In this document: positions 40,982 to 53,369 of the stretch, piece by piece | How positions within the stretch are numbered: the stretch's first letter is position 1 | How the letters are laid out: each line of letters starts with the position of its first letter | Source of the DNA: Haliotis rubra | Taxonomy: Eukaryota | NCBI RefSeq assembly: GCF_003918875.1 | Contig: NW_025766026.1 | Span: 1,488,001 to 1,552,000 of the forward strand | Length of the DNA: 64,000 bases | Direction: 5' to 3' | Program-made: the position numbers and the translations under genes | Notes under the pieces: generated by a model | What the model was told of the DNA's origin: nothing | The model's input: only the letters and a program-made list of their open reading frames with translations | Databases searched by the model: none

Positions 40982-43900
40982 CTAGTCGAACCCACCAAGA
41001 ACTTTCCGGAGAATATGAAGGCTCCCCAACACTGCAGCCTTCTGCATTACCCACAGTGTCAGAAGGGCTGTGCTCCCGGTGGAGAACCCGGTCACTCTCC
41101 TGATCTGCGCCAAGAGATCAGGAGGTACCAAACCAAGGGCACCGAGAACAATGGGGAGCCTGACGACAGTGAACTTGGAATGCAAGCGAGACATTTCAAA
41201 GGCGAGGTCCGCATATTTATCATGCTTTTCCTGAATCTTGCCAATCATATTGCTGTCAAAAAGGGACAGAAAATGCATTGATATAAATACATTCATTGGC
41301 TTTATCTAACAGGACAAGATCAGGTTTGTTGGCAGGAATTCTTCTGAGGCTGTATATAGGCCTGTTCGACAGAAGTTTGAAAGCATCATTTTCCATGACG
41401 CCTTGGACATGTTCAGGGTCGTACCATGGATGGACCTCGGAGCTAAAGCCACAGACATGGCGGAGACGGTAGTAAAAGCAACGAGCCATGTCATCATGTC
41501 GGTTAAGATATGTGTTGTGCCAAAGAAGGGCATCCACTGACAACATGTTGTACAGTCTCTGTAAATTCATTACATAGTCGACATTTCAGATTGATATTTT
41601 CTTTAAGAATCACATTTAGGCAATTACGAGTGGGAAGTGACTGGGCCTGAGCAGCAAAAAGGAAGCCCTCAGTTTCACATTTAAGACCAGCCGACTTCAT
41701 CCAGGCGAAGAGTCGGTGGGATTGCTATTCTGTTCCACACACTGCATGTACACACGATGCAATGGCTTCTCAGAAAGCTTCTCCACAAAAGACCGACTCT
41801 GGGCAGACTTGGTGAAAGACTTCACCTGGTTTACTCCCATTGCTGTACCGTCCAGCAGTACATCGGCATCAGCAAAATCAACCTCAAATTTCTGAATTGA
41901 TTGGCATATATAAACGGTTAAGAGATGAACGAGGGTGGTGGGCTCTGTTATCAGACATGATCCTTCTGGTCATACGGTCAAGTCTCTGGATGCCTTGTTT
42001 TGTCCAGTCAACTGCTCCAAAGGAATAGGAAAGGACTGGCACGGCAAAAGTATTGGTGGCTTTGACCTTGTTTCGAGCATTTAGCTCTGAGCTCTAGATT
42101 TTCTTTAAGCGGGCTTTGTACTCGGCCCGAAGTTTGTCTTGAATTTGGGCATTCTGGAGCTTGTCTCGAACTTGCATTCCAAGAAAGGTGTAGGCCTGAT
42201 CTTCCACAAGATGCTCAATAACTCCTCCCCCCTGTAACTTGACCGATCCACCATTAACTACCTTGCCACGTTTCCAAATGAAGAGTTTTACATTTGTCGA
42301 GCCCAAATGTCATGCCAATATTATTAGAAAAAGACTCGACAAGGAGAACCTGTTCTTTCAAATTGGTATCTCCTTTGGCAAGGAGCTCGATGTCATCCAT
42401 GTAAAGGAGATGAGTAATTTAAGCGGTGTTTAGGATCTGTGCTGTGGAGGTCCGGGATGGTAACCCTCCTCTCTGTTGAGCAGAAAGCTCAAAGGATTTA
42501 GAAACAAACAAAAACGCAAAGGACTGAAGGAGTCCCCCTGGAAAATTCCCCTTCTGATTGGAATAGATTCCGAAGTCTGCACCTGCCCTTGCGAGTACAT
42601 CTCAAGTTGAGTCGACCAGTAACTCATTAAAGACTTGAGTAAATCAAGTAGTCGCTCCGGGAGGTCAATACAACAAAGAGATTTCAGAACCCATTCATGA
42701 GGGACAGAGTCGTATCCTTTTTTGTAGTCAATCCAGCACATGGAGAGGTTGTGGTAATATGTTTTAGCCTCTTCCAAAATCATTTTCTGTACAAGAAGTT
42801 GATCCTTGCACCCCCAGCATTTCTGCTCTCTGTAAATTATATCATTGGAAAAGAAGTAAGATGACACGAGACTTGTTAAACACCCTGTGAATATTTTATA
42901 CTGAGTATTCAAACATGTTTTGGGGATCAATCAAGTCTTCTTTTTGGGAAAGAGTATTGTGCGACCTTTGCAGAACCATGGATGAACATCACCAGTGTCA
43001 ACAAGAGAATTGAAACAGTGTCGTAATGGTGTTTGGACACAGGGGAACAGTTTCCAGTACCGGTTTCGAATGCCATCAGGCCCTGGGGCTGTATTAGATT
43101 TGGACTTTTTGATGAAACTTTTCAGGCAATCTGGTGAGATGTAACAGACAAACGACCTAGTTACTTTCTCATGCATTGCATGGCCATAATCACGGACCTA
43201 TGGTGCCTCCAGGTTACAGTCGCCGGGTACAGACCACAACTCTTTCCAGAACCTTTCATTGGCATCCATGCGAGGCCGTTTATCATGCTCACCATCACCG
43301 TTTGTTTTCAGTTGCCTGTAGAAGTGTTTTTCATTATTTCTAAAAAAAATTATTTTGTTTGATGAATTTATTTTTTCCCATTTTTTCTTTCTTTCAGTCC
43401 AAACCTTTATTTTTGCCTAAAGGGAATCGACAATTTGGAGAAGTATCTTTTCTTTCGTTGTTTTGTATATCAGTTTTAATTTTCTCCAAATTGCCTTTTT
43501 CGTTTAGACATGGGATTCCCTGATGATCTTAATTTCAGGCAAAGCTCTATCCAGGAAATGTATTTTCTATTTTCTGTTAGTTTCACATGAAACCGTTTTT
43601 TCTTTGATGTATTGTTCTTAGTATTGGGTGTGTTTTCTTTGGAAACTGTGTGAAGTTCCTCCAAGGTACGAGCGGCAGCATAGACACAACAATTCACTTC
43701 ATGTAATGAACAGTCCGCAGAAAGTTTCATAGAAATAATGTCATTTAATGAATTAATTTCATTTTTGGGAAAAGATCAGTTGTTTGTTTAATTGGCCTCC
43801 GTTTTTCTAAAGGTAAATAAGATATTTCATCATAAATAGAATGAAACAAAATATACACAGGATTTTTGGAAAGATCTGCAACTGAGGAAGAGGAAGAGTG

Positions 43901-44260
43901 AGGCTCCGAAATTTCGGGGCCAACTGGCTCAATGCCGGAAGAGTTTCCATCAGGAAGAGGAGAGAGGTCAACGCGGACGTGCATCAGAAGTTTTGGGTCT
44001 GCTGCCACTTGAGCATTCTGCTCATGCAAAGGTTCCTGACGGGCATCTGTTATGGGGGGAACTTGCTCACGGGGCAAGGGATTTTTAAGCTGCCGGAATT
44101 GATCTTGGAGATTTTGCTCTGTCAGGAAAGCATACATGGGCATGGCATTGTCCCAATGCAGCCCATCCTGTTGCTCTTGCACACTCTAGTAGTGTGGTTT
44201 TCAGATGGTTTGACCAAGATAGTTTTGATCGGGTGCTGTGCCTTCCCCTGGGGCAAGTCC
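40982..44260 (-). pseudogene. Disrupted single ORF (RT + CCHC + RLE) of the R4/Dong-like element
   Basis: APGPDGI; WIDYKKGYDSVPHEW; RGIFQGDSFSPL; HLLYMDD (about 42392-42415); KCRLCNEFTETVQHVVSGC; RHD; ANKPDLVLLDK; KHDKY; MQKAAVLGSLHILRKVL. Many frameshifts; start position approximate. Confidence 0.9.
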
Positions 44261-44387
44261 CATCTCCAGTAAGGTTGGTTTGACTACCGGAGGAAGTCTG
44301 ACTGGGCTGCGGAGTTGAAAGATGATATTCTCCTTGGCTTTCGGTAACCCAGTGTAAAACCAGCTTCGGGGGGTCAGCCTAACTGGG

Positions 44388-44462
44388 TGATGTGCGTTTA
44401 GTTCAGGGAATAAAATTCCCCTAACTAGGCTCACCACGGAGAGGCGTACATCATCAGGCCCC
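44388..44462 (-). ncRNA. Candidate HDV-like self-cleaving ribozyme at the retrotransposon 5' end
   Basis: Minus strand GGGGCCT GA TGATGTAC GCC TCTCCGT GGT GAGCCT AG TTAGGGGAATTTTATTCCCTGA ACTAAAC GCACATCA can be drawn as P1, P2, P3/L3, P1.1, P4, J4/2 in HDV order; one mismatch each in P1 and P2. Confidence 0.6.
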
Positions 44463-46150
44463 ATAATTATTATTATAATTAATAATATTATTATTCAGGG
44501 TAACGACACCGTGATAATAACGGAAAATAACCAATGCTTGACAACAGGTACACTACTATTTTAATTAACAGAGCATCTGTTCTTGGAACATTGAGGCTGA
44601 CGGAAGTTCTCTGGTTGAGGCACCCTGACATCTCATGAAGACAAATATAACATAAGAGAATCCCAGTGAAATACATTCGGAAAACACTGCAACATCAACA
44701 TTAGACCCGGTTCTGTCCTGTATTCATCTCATTGAGTTCCTTGCAAATGCGTTCGAGATGTTTGTATTACGTTTTGTCAAGCATGTTGATCCACAATATG
44801 TTTGCAAGCAAATGCGTCAGGAATACTTTGTCTTGTCGATCGCTTACTTTGATGGGATTTTTAAAGGAAATATTTCTTGGGGTTAGCTGTTTGAAGAAAG
44901 TTCAAATGAATTTGATGAAAGGAATTGGGAAAGTATCAAAAACTGGAGAAGTCCATGACACCATGAAACTGTAAACGACCTTGCAGGGTTTATATAAATG
45001 AATGTGATCACGAAATGGGTTTGTGTTGATTTGTGCTCAGTTGATAATGATTTCTGGTGTTGTGATGCATGTGATATGAGCTGATAATGCACTGTTGAGA
45101 CTGGGGCACTCATGCTGAGGTATGCGGAGCTGAGGAGTTAGATGTCTGAATGACTCTGTAAACATTTACCAACACCACGTTTACATGATCTTGGACAGGG
45201 TATTAGAGTCCCGGCACTACTAGCTATTGATTTAACTGATTTCTCACTTCAGAAAGGTTTTGTAAAGGTTCTCCTTCCTTTCATTTCCTCTGTTAGCATT
45301 GCATTATGCCCTCCTCAAATGTTTTTGTTTATCCACCTACAACCAAGGTTATACAAACTCTACAAGATTGCATGCACTTGGTGTACACAGGAGAGAGGAA
45401 TTTCCCGAAAACATGTCTTCCTCTGAAGAAGATCCTTCAGTTGGTATGTGTTTGATCTCAGGTGGCACATGGCCAATTTCCCGTCACTCGAGGCTGTTTC
45501 GATTCCACTTGAGCTGTGTGTATCAAGAACATCCATTGCAATGTCAAAGGTAAAGGATGCGAGTCAATCCCGGTCGATAATGAACAGCCGCTGCGTTATG
45601 TTACTGTTACTGCCCACTAATATTGAAGTGACGTTAAACATTTTTATCGATTGGTACAACAGTTTTGAGGTGTGATATGTTACGGGCTACCATCACTGAA
45701 TCAACGTCTTTAACAGTTTGTTAACTCGTGTCTGATCCTACCGAGATGAATCCTCGGCTCTTAATTGAAAAGGGAAACTATCATCTGGATATATCATAAA
45801 AATATGTATGAATATGAACCACAAACCTGATCAGGCAACATTAACGTACAGGTGCGTTTATCAGTATGTCATGGAGTGAAGTATGCATTTGAATTTGTGC
45901 TTTTGTGTTACTTGACATCATAACTACAATTGTCGCTATATTCACAGTACAATGACGTCAACTGGAAGTTTACTGATGTCTTGAGACAATGGATCGTATA
46001 ATGTCAATCATAAATCATACCAGGGCCTCCATGTTCAGCAAAGTTCAACAAAAAATATTCAAAAGTTCTTTGAAAGGTTTATTCTTTCATTTAACAAGAA
46101 TGTACATCAAAGGATAACGGTCCTTTCCTCCTGGTAGCTCCTCCACTTAC

Positions 46151-48590
46151 TTAACGTTTCAATTCAGTCAGAATGTATTTCAAGAATTCTGTACGACTGC
46201 ATCCTATTATTCATGTTATTCTGTGCAATCAATATTCCGGTAATAGAGAATGTATAAATATATACACATAATTCCATCATTTAGTGCGGGGTAAATGCAC
46301 ATAAGTTCTTTTTTAAATATCACGTTAAACCCATTTAACTCTATCGGGTAAAGCTACCTCTACCTATCCATCATTGTTACAACCACATTTGACCGTTTCG
46401 CAGTATTCAAAATTTTGAAATAAAATCAGTTGCAATCTATCTTATTCATGCCAATGGTTTCTTAAAACATAAACTTTAAAGAACTTGATCTGAGAAAAAT
46501 ACCCATTCAAATTCGTTGGCCATGTTTTAAATTTGCAAAGCCGGATTGTATTTTTATGGAGGTATTCACTAGTCTCCCACAACGTACAGGTTTTCTATCA
46601 AGACGATGATGTATTCAGATATTTTCTTTGTTCCAGCTCCATGAGGGGAAAACATATCGTCAGGATATCGTATTTAGGACATTATCAGAAAGAAACCCTT
46701 TGCTATTAGATGTGACAATTCTCACAAATCTGGCCATCTCGTCTCCCTATCGTCTTCCGATCCTGCACGTCCCTCGCAACTGGTTCAGACAGCACTTAAT
46801 CAATATGTTATTTTAGACCTCTGCTTGTCACTTAGGCGTGCACCGAGTTCGTTAGCACACAGCGTTAGAATAACCTTGTCAGGCGTTAATGCTGTTTGAG
46901 AAGAAGTTTCATCCAAAGTGTCTCTCGGAACGAATATACTTTACTTGATAACTCAAAGATAGTTATCGAGTCTTACTGAAAGGCGTTAAAACCTCAAATA
47001 TGCAGAGAGAATTTACTTGTTTTTGCACACACCATCGGCATACATTTGATATGAGGTATCTCGTAAACCAACTAATTGTGTGAACATTGTGCAATGCCTT
47101 GTGTTTCAGGTGAACAGTTCAATAGCCACTGCATATGTTTATGACGGATGCCACCGGTGGGGCAGAATAAGCTCACCTTTTGGCGAACCCCTGGTATGAT
47201 CATTTTGAGAATGATTCATAAACACATGCTCTGACATCGTATTTTATGGTGTCAATCACACGATTGTCTAGTCCAAACTCGATTGTTTATAACCGTGTCA
47301 TCATGTACTAATACTGCCGAATGATGCGTCAAACAAACACGTTCTCATGATAAACCTGGTATTGTACAGTCGACTCTGCTTTTAGCTGTTAACAGAAGTG
47401 ACAAGGATTTCTATTCATACTAAACACCCCCAGATGGTAATTAAATGGCCACTTGATACTATGTTTAGATCACCTGATTCAAAACCGAGACGTGTATAAT
47501 ACGTGTCATATGAAAGTGTCAAATGAAAAAATACATAGTGGCTGGAATCTAGGTTATTTGGAAATGTCACCAGACATATCTAGAAATGGCAAATGAATCA
47601 CACATTTGCCGTTCTGTAGTTCTCACGTTGGAATAAACACTCAAAGGCAATAAAACAAGTAGCTTCTATTTTGATGGAGACAGCTGTCGTTAAGACACTG
47701 ATACTTGATATGTACTTGTTATGTTTGTCAAGCGTGTTGTCTTGTCTGATTTTGGTACAGAAAACAACAAAGGCTAATCAGTTCTCTTTTAAATCTCACA
47801 GACAAGCTTTCTCCTTACCATTACAACGTCAATGCATTGTGTGCAAGACAACAACATAGATTAAAAAATAAAGCTTTATTCAAAAGGCTTCTTATATAAG
47901 AACTTTAGTTCTTGATGTCGCGCTAGAGGGGCTGGCAGTTATAAACAAACTATGCAGTTGATTCATCAAACCGGAATGATGCGCACTATGGCATGTACGA
48001 TGATGATCTATATATGCAAGCATGATCTCAGACCAAGGTACAACTCGTGACAAAGACTGCATCAGGTTTAAATGTATAACGTCAGTGCTAGAGATTAACC
48101 ACCCTCGACTATCCACTTCAACCCGCTGAATATATATTATCCACCAGAATATGAAATCAAAGAAACAAATAACCTAGATCAACATGTTCCTGCGCAGATC
48201 TATGAAAAGGAATTGTTGTGAACATAAAAAATGTGCTGAAGGATTTACGATAAAAGTGGGTTTTTTTACATCATTTTCATCTTGCGCTGGGTCTGAAAGC
48301 AAATTGCGTCTATGTTTACTTCAACACATTTCACTTTGTTTGTGAAATCATATTCAACAATGCACTTATAATATCTGCTGCATTTCTCTTTCTATGATTG
48401 CGGCCAACGGAGGTTTCGGGCAAGAGCAGGTCCTCAAGAACCTATGCTGTTTTAGTGACCCACTTAACATTGGGTCGGATTCGGATGATCAGATCCCGTA
48501 AGTGTCGATCGAAAGTCATCTTCCGATGTTGTTGTGGTCGCTCACATCAAACACTGTATTGTCTTGTCCAGACTCGATTGTTTACATAGA
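46151..48590. repeat. Large-array unit U6 (partial, increasingly diverged, right end of array)
   Basis: Landmarks at 46678, 47028, 47505, gatgtcgcgctagag (about 47914), accagaatatgaaatcaaagaaac (about 48143), old SINE at about 48395. Confidence 0.85.
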
Positions 48591-49655
48591 CTGACTGCTG
48601 AGGTTTTGTGTATGTAGGCATTAGTGTATATTGTCTTAAAATAATATACTCTATGTACAGCAATATTCAGTCGTGAATTTCAATCAAAGGAATAGCCACA
48701 GAATACACTCAATGCCTGAGAGGTGTATGACAAGGTGAAAACCTGTCGCCTTTGTTATTCTCTCTATTCCTTAATGATATTCCTTAATGACCTGGAGGAA
48801 TTTCTAACTGAAAGGAAATGTAATGGTATTGTTATTGGGGATCTGTCCCTGAATGAGTGTGTTGAATTATTTGCATTTCTATTAGCCGATGATTCTGTTG
48901 ATTTAGATACAAATAAGGATGACTTTCAAAGACTTTTCTGTACATTCCGAGCCAATAGGTTTTGCGATACGTTGAACCTAAGGAACGAAGCTGACAAACG
49001 TAAGCTTCTTACATTTGATGGAACAAAGAGAGAGTACTTCAGTATGTTTGTTATTACTGTACTGCTTTAGAAAATGTTAATCACTATACGTACCGTGGGT
49101 TAAGATTGTTTGATGCAATGAAAATCCTCATCCTAATTTTGGGTTCAGAAATATGGGGTTTTGGAAAAGATTCATCTTGATTTATTAGAAAACTGTAACT
49201 TATTAAAAACGGTACTCTACTTTATATGTTGTATGCAGGAATGGGATGTAAATAACTTTACGTTACTGGGATTGACTTAAATGGTTACTTTCTGGATAAA
49301 ACTAATCACTGGAAAAATCGTCAAAATATCCCTTATTGTGTAAAAGGTATTGCTTGATAAATACAATAACAATTCTTCCAATAAAATGGTTACAATGACC
49401 TTTGGATACACCAATCGCAAATATATTTTAATTGTATGACTATGATCAGTTACTCTGACATTGGCACTCTGTTATTGACGCATCTTCAAAATCTAGAGTC
49501 TATAAACTTGCATGAATTAAAACAGAATTCTACCGAGATAATTTTCCCAATATAACTATTCATTTTAGATTACCATGTCAGGCTTTCAAATGAAAAGGGT
49601 CGCTGGACAAAAATACCAGCAGTTGAAAGGAATGTCCATTCTGTGCATGCAATGA

Positions 49656-49716
49656 GTGAGTGAGTTAATATTTAACGTCACATCGGCAGTATTTCAGCCA
49701 TATCGTGACGAGAACA
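49656..49716 (-). mobile_element. Very short family-3 retroposon 3' end
   Basis: TSD tgcatgcaatga at 49644-49655 and 49717-49728. Confidence 0.88.
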
Positions 49717-49805
49717 TGCATGCAATGACATTGTCGACTGGTATCAGTATCTTAATTTGTGAATCGTCTGTTGCCTATCGCTCAAAATATATATTCTTTT
49801 TCTAT

Positions 49806-49899
49806 AATGGACTTCACATAATGTACCCATGTCAGAAATCGGACACGGATCTTCGGCGTGACGAATGAACGCTTTAACCACTAGGCTACCACACTGCCT
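49806..49899 (-). mobile_element. SINE family 1, 5' half
   Basis: tcttcggcgtgacgaatgaacgctttaaccactaggctacc matches the family-1 head. Confidence 0.8.
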
Positions 49900-51076
49900 G
49901 TAAACAAATAGAGGTGGTTGGGTATTATGTTTGTTTATATGAATGCCCTCTTTGGAACTAAGGGACTAAAGCTTAACTTAAAATGTAACTTTAAGCTTTA
50001 AGTTTCATCACATAAAACTATAACGCACGTGTGTCTAACTACAAAATATTCACAAAAATTCAACATGTACAACTGACGTGTAAAAACGTATAAATGGATA
50101 AATATACTTATAACAATATGCTTAACATAACTAATTTCGATCTGTGTAATATTGCTTAGAAACAAATAGAGCAAAATACGGTTTCCTATATGTTTAATTA
50201 GATGTAAACACATTGGTTATGGCTGGGAACGTCTGTTTCTAAAAGGACATTGTTATGTACCAAAAATCGCTAATCTGGAAACTTTTTCATCGGGTAAGTT
50301 TTACTGGGAACGATACCACAATTATCCTTTGGGGATTGAAGCCTTCAGCTGTTGCTGAATGATGAATCCTCTGTGGGATAGATTCGTCTTAATGTGTAGT
50401 GTGATCTCATTTGAAATAAAAAACACATGATAAAGAGGTTATTTGCCAGGTCGAGCTGCATGCCGACCGGTCATAAAGACTCTTCCAGTTTATTACAATA
50501 ACATCAAATCATACAGCAAATTAACAGTTATTGGTTGTGTTTCCTTCTTGCAATTATAGTTCCGATCACTCGTCACACGGCACGGATACCGAACTCCAGC
50601 CTATGTCTCCTGCTATAGTGGCCACGGAGCACTCACGCGAGATATAACGTCATTTTACGAGATTTTGTAGCCATTTTAAATAAAATGTCACATGCAATGC
50701 TGTCGTAAGTACGGGTTGTAGCTACTCACGTATAGAGACAATATTTGATTACATTGTCCGTAGATGAGGAACAGGTAGCATAATTCCTGTTTTTCAGGGT
50801 TTACGGAGAGTCATTCATTATGTGTAAGTGTTGTCCGCCACATTTAAACCTAGGGTGGAGGCTTATATTCGTTAGAGTCTATGGATCCTCTAGAGACTAT
50901 TATGAGGAACCTATATAGTGTTTTGAAATTGCGTCATGCAGGTTTTATGGATAAACTTTTCCTCTCGTCAGACGTCGTGCGCCATTAAAGCAATGTGTCA
51001 CTGTGGCTTGTTTGGTTCCAGCAGACCTCCATGGCAAATGTTTGCCTGTTTGGTTCCTGTACACCAGCATGACTTA

Positions 51077-51613
51077 TAGTCCGGCGGCGTGTCTGATTTC
51101 TGTACTGGCTAGCGAACAGTTATCGCCGCGTAACAGTTGTCGCCAATACATCAGTATCACACGTGTGCAGTTCCGGTCAGTTACAATTCCGGTATTTTTT
51201 TTCCTGCCGTAATTGACGACAATACAGAACAGCAAAAGAAAATTCTTCACGGCAAGTAACATAAGAGAAAAATTAAAGATAAATTAATTAGCTATTAATT
51301 AATTATTCCAGGTAACTGTATGATATAAATATATAATATTTCACGAAGGGCATGAGAAATTCTGAATGGCGATAACTGTTATAACTGTTACTTTTGAGAA
51401 AACATCTTTTTATACTTCCATGATTCCCTTCCACCGCGTTATATAGAAAAAACATGATCGGCAGCCGTGAACGGGCTGGACACATCGGTGAATAGCTAAT
51501 TAAGTATCATAATTAATTCTGTTTCATTAATTTAAAGATAGGCGGAGTAATTTTGTAAATATCGCTAAAATATGGCGATAACTGTTCGCTAGCCAGTAGA
51601 CCTCGGCGGCCTA
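51077..51613. mobile_element. Non-autonomous DNA transposon (MITE) with subterminal inverted repeats
   Basis: tactggctagcgaacagttatcgcc (51103-51127) is the exact reverse complement of ggcgataactgttcgctagccagta (51574-51598); termini TAG...CTA flanked by TA. Confidence 0.8.
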
Positions 51614-51732
51614 TATTTACGGCGACTCGTATGGTTCCACTAAATCTTCACTGCTACTGGTTCGGTTTCTGTAAACAAAGCGGTTTATACACTCCATGCA
51701 GTATTGTGACCCTCATCTGCTTGGATTTACAG

Positions 51733-51876
51733 GGTACCAGCAGCCAAATGAACGCAACTCCGTACCATTAAAAGCAGAGCTTTAGATTAGTGGACATAGC
51801 TCCACGCATTCAAACCTGCGATGACATTATATCCGTAGCATTAAAAACACTTTGTGGGACAAGGCCCCACTTATGA
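51733..51876 (+). pseudogene. Truncated paralogue of the lectin-like exon at 58176
   Basis: tttacag acceptor then aaatgaacgcaactccg...cattcaaacctgcga...tttgtgggacaaggccccacttatga, alignable with 58176-58318; cut by a retroposon. Confidence 0.5.
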
Positions 51877-52150
51877 GTGAGTGAGTGAGTTAATATTTGA
51901 CGTCACATCGGCAATATCTCAGCCATATCGTGACGAAACCAATTTATACAATTAAAAATGAAAACATTTTAGAGAGTAAAACCTGTCGACGATGGACAGT
52001 AAAAATACTAGAATATGTCAAACTAAAAGATTTTAATTAAAGAAGACAATACAATATAAAACACGGGCTATAGATTGCCAACAACTGAAGGTAGATCACC
52101 ATACTAGGAACCATGGGGACTTACAATAATTTTGCTACCTGCATGGATCC
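51877..52150 (-). mobile_element. Family-3 retroposon 3' end
   Basis: gtgagtgagttaatatttgacgtcacatcggcaatat...acaactgaaggtagatcaccatact...ccatggggacttaca, homologous to 59021-59323. Confidence 0.85.
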
Positions 52151-53369
52151 TCCTTAATGTGTGAGGAAATCCACCATAGAGGTTTGTCACTTTAATGAAA
52201 CCCAAGAGAACAGATATGGTACCAATGAAACAAATCCATTATCAGGATAAAGTCTGCCTTCCAAACAATGATCACAGGATTCTGGCCTGAACAAGGGACG
52301 CAACTGTGCACAACGATTGCGTTTTCATGGCACCCTTTGCTTCTGCGCAGTTGTACAAGAAAACAAAACATTCGAAGTGTGGTGAATTAACAGATGTCAA
52401 AATAGTATCACCTCCGCAACAAACAGAGTGTGAAACAAAGAATATAAGCCACAAGAATCGAACACTCTTTGAAACACTTAGGTTCAACATTGGGAAGTCT
52501 ATGGAGAAAGCTGTTGTATGATCATGCAGCCACTGATTGTTAACTTAATGTACTGTTACGGTAAAGCCGAGTGTCCCCAGTGACTGTCTATTAGCGTGTT
52601 TATACAGACATACCCTACGGCGGAAGGCAGACCCCCGACGGTCTGGCGTTATAAAGACGTTTACCATTATCACGAATGGTGGAGAGATCGTTAATGATAA
52701 GGAACTAATCTGACGTCGTTTGTTGATAGCCTGTAGCTAATGTGTGACAAAACAACCTCTGAAACTTCCGACACTGGTTACACACGCACGTTCGATTGCC
52801 CGCCACTGAACAAACACACGCGTAAGCAGTAAACTAATTATAGCTATTGTTCCGTTACATTTGGGAACGTTTGACTGATTTAGCTGGAGGAATATTATAT
52901 GAAGTTCAACCGTGTCGAAATCATCAATTACTTATATCAGTCTCATGGTAATTGATAAGAAATAAAGGCGAAGAAAAGATGGGAAAAGACAATCACATCA
53001 CCATGGTAACCACCACTTCTTGTTCTTATTGTATCAATGATCTTCAAATTGACGTCATTATCCAGTTGAGCTGACAGCCAAGCAGATCGGAGCGTGTGAT
53101 CTTCTCTCTGAGGTCCTAGCTCTACTTAATGTTGGCACAGACATGACGCCTGATTGTAGTGTCTAGACTAGATGGAGGTGACGCTGACACCTCGACTCGA
53201 GGACACCATGGTTGCCTGGAGAATGTAATCTTGAACGTTCTCGGTAACAGTCGTACAGAGAGAAGCTCCACACAGCTCATTTAAGTGATGAGACTGTTAC
53301 ACTCCAACAAACACCTGCGATCATGTTCCATTGTTTGGTGGAACAGGAACCTGCAGGAATTATCAACAA

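Larger units (their letters stand above)
40833..44463 (-). mobile_element. R2-group RLE non-LTR retrotransposon, R4/Dong-like, apparently full length (about 3.6 kb), in a (TAA)n tract
   Basis: RT plus CCHC plus restriction-like endonuclease motifs; (tta)n at 40817-40832 and 44464-44495; empty site ggttattattattattcagg at 17579-17598. Confidence 0.92.
35686..46150. repeat. Large-array unit U5 (contains the R4/Dong-like element)
   Basis: Landmarks at 36198, 37303, 38072, 39214, 40297, 40556, 44617, 45546, 46042. Confidence 0.9.
48700..49995 (+). pseudogene. Decayed RT to 3' end of a CR1/RTEX-like LINE
   Basis: G..QGENLSPLLF / IFLNDLEEFL...LLADDSV; GSEIWGF (about 49142); KGRWTKIPAVER then CPFCAC (about 49595-49650). 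Confidence 0.78.

Noticed and set aside
44446-44458. Hammerhead ribozyme core CTGATGA on the minus strand
   Set aside because: No stem II closed by GAAA at the right distance; the HDV-like fold explains the region better.
50590-50865. Possible MITE bounded by ctccagcctatg / cctagggtggag
   Set aside because: Inverted match is short and imperfect with no TSD or second copy in the window.
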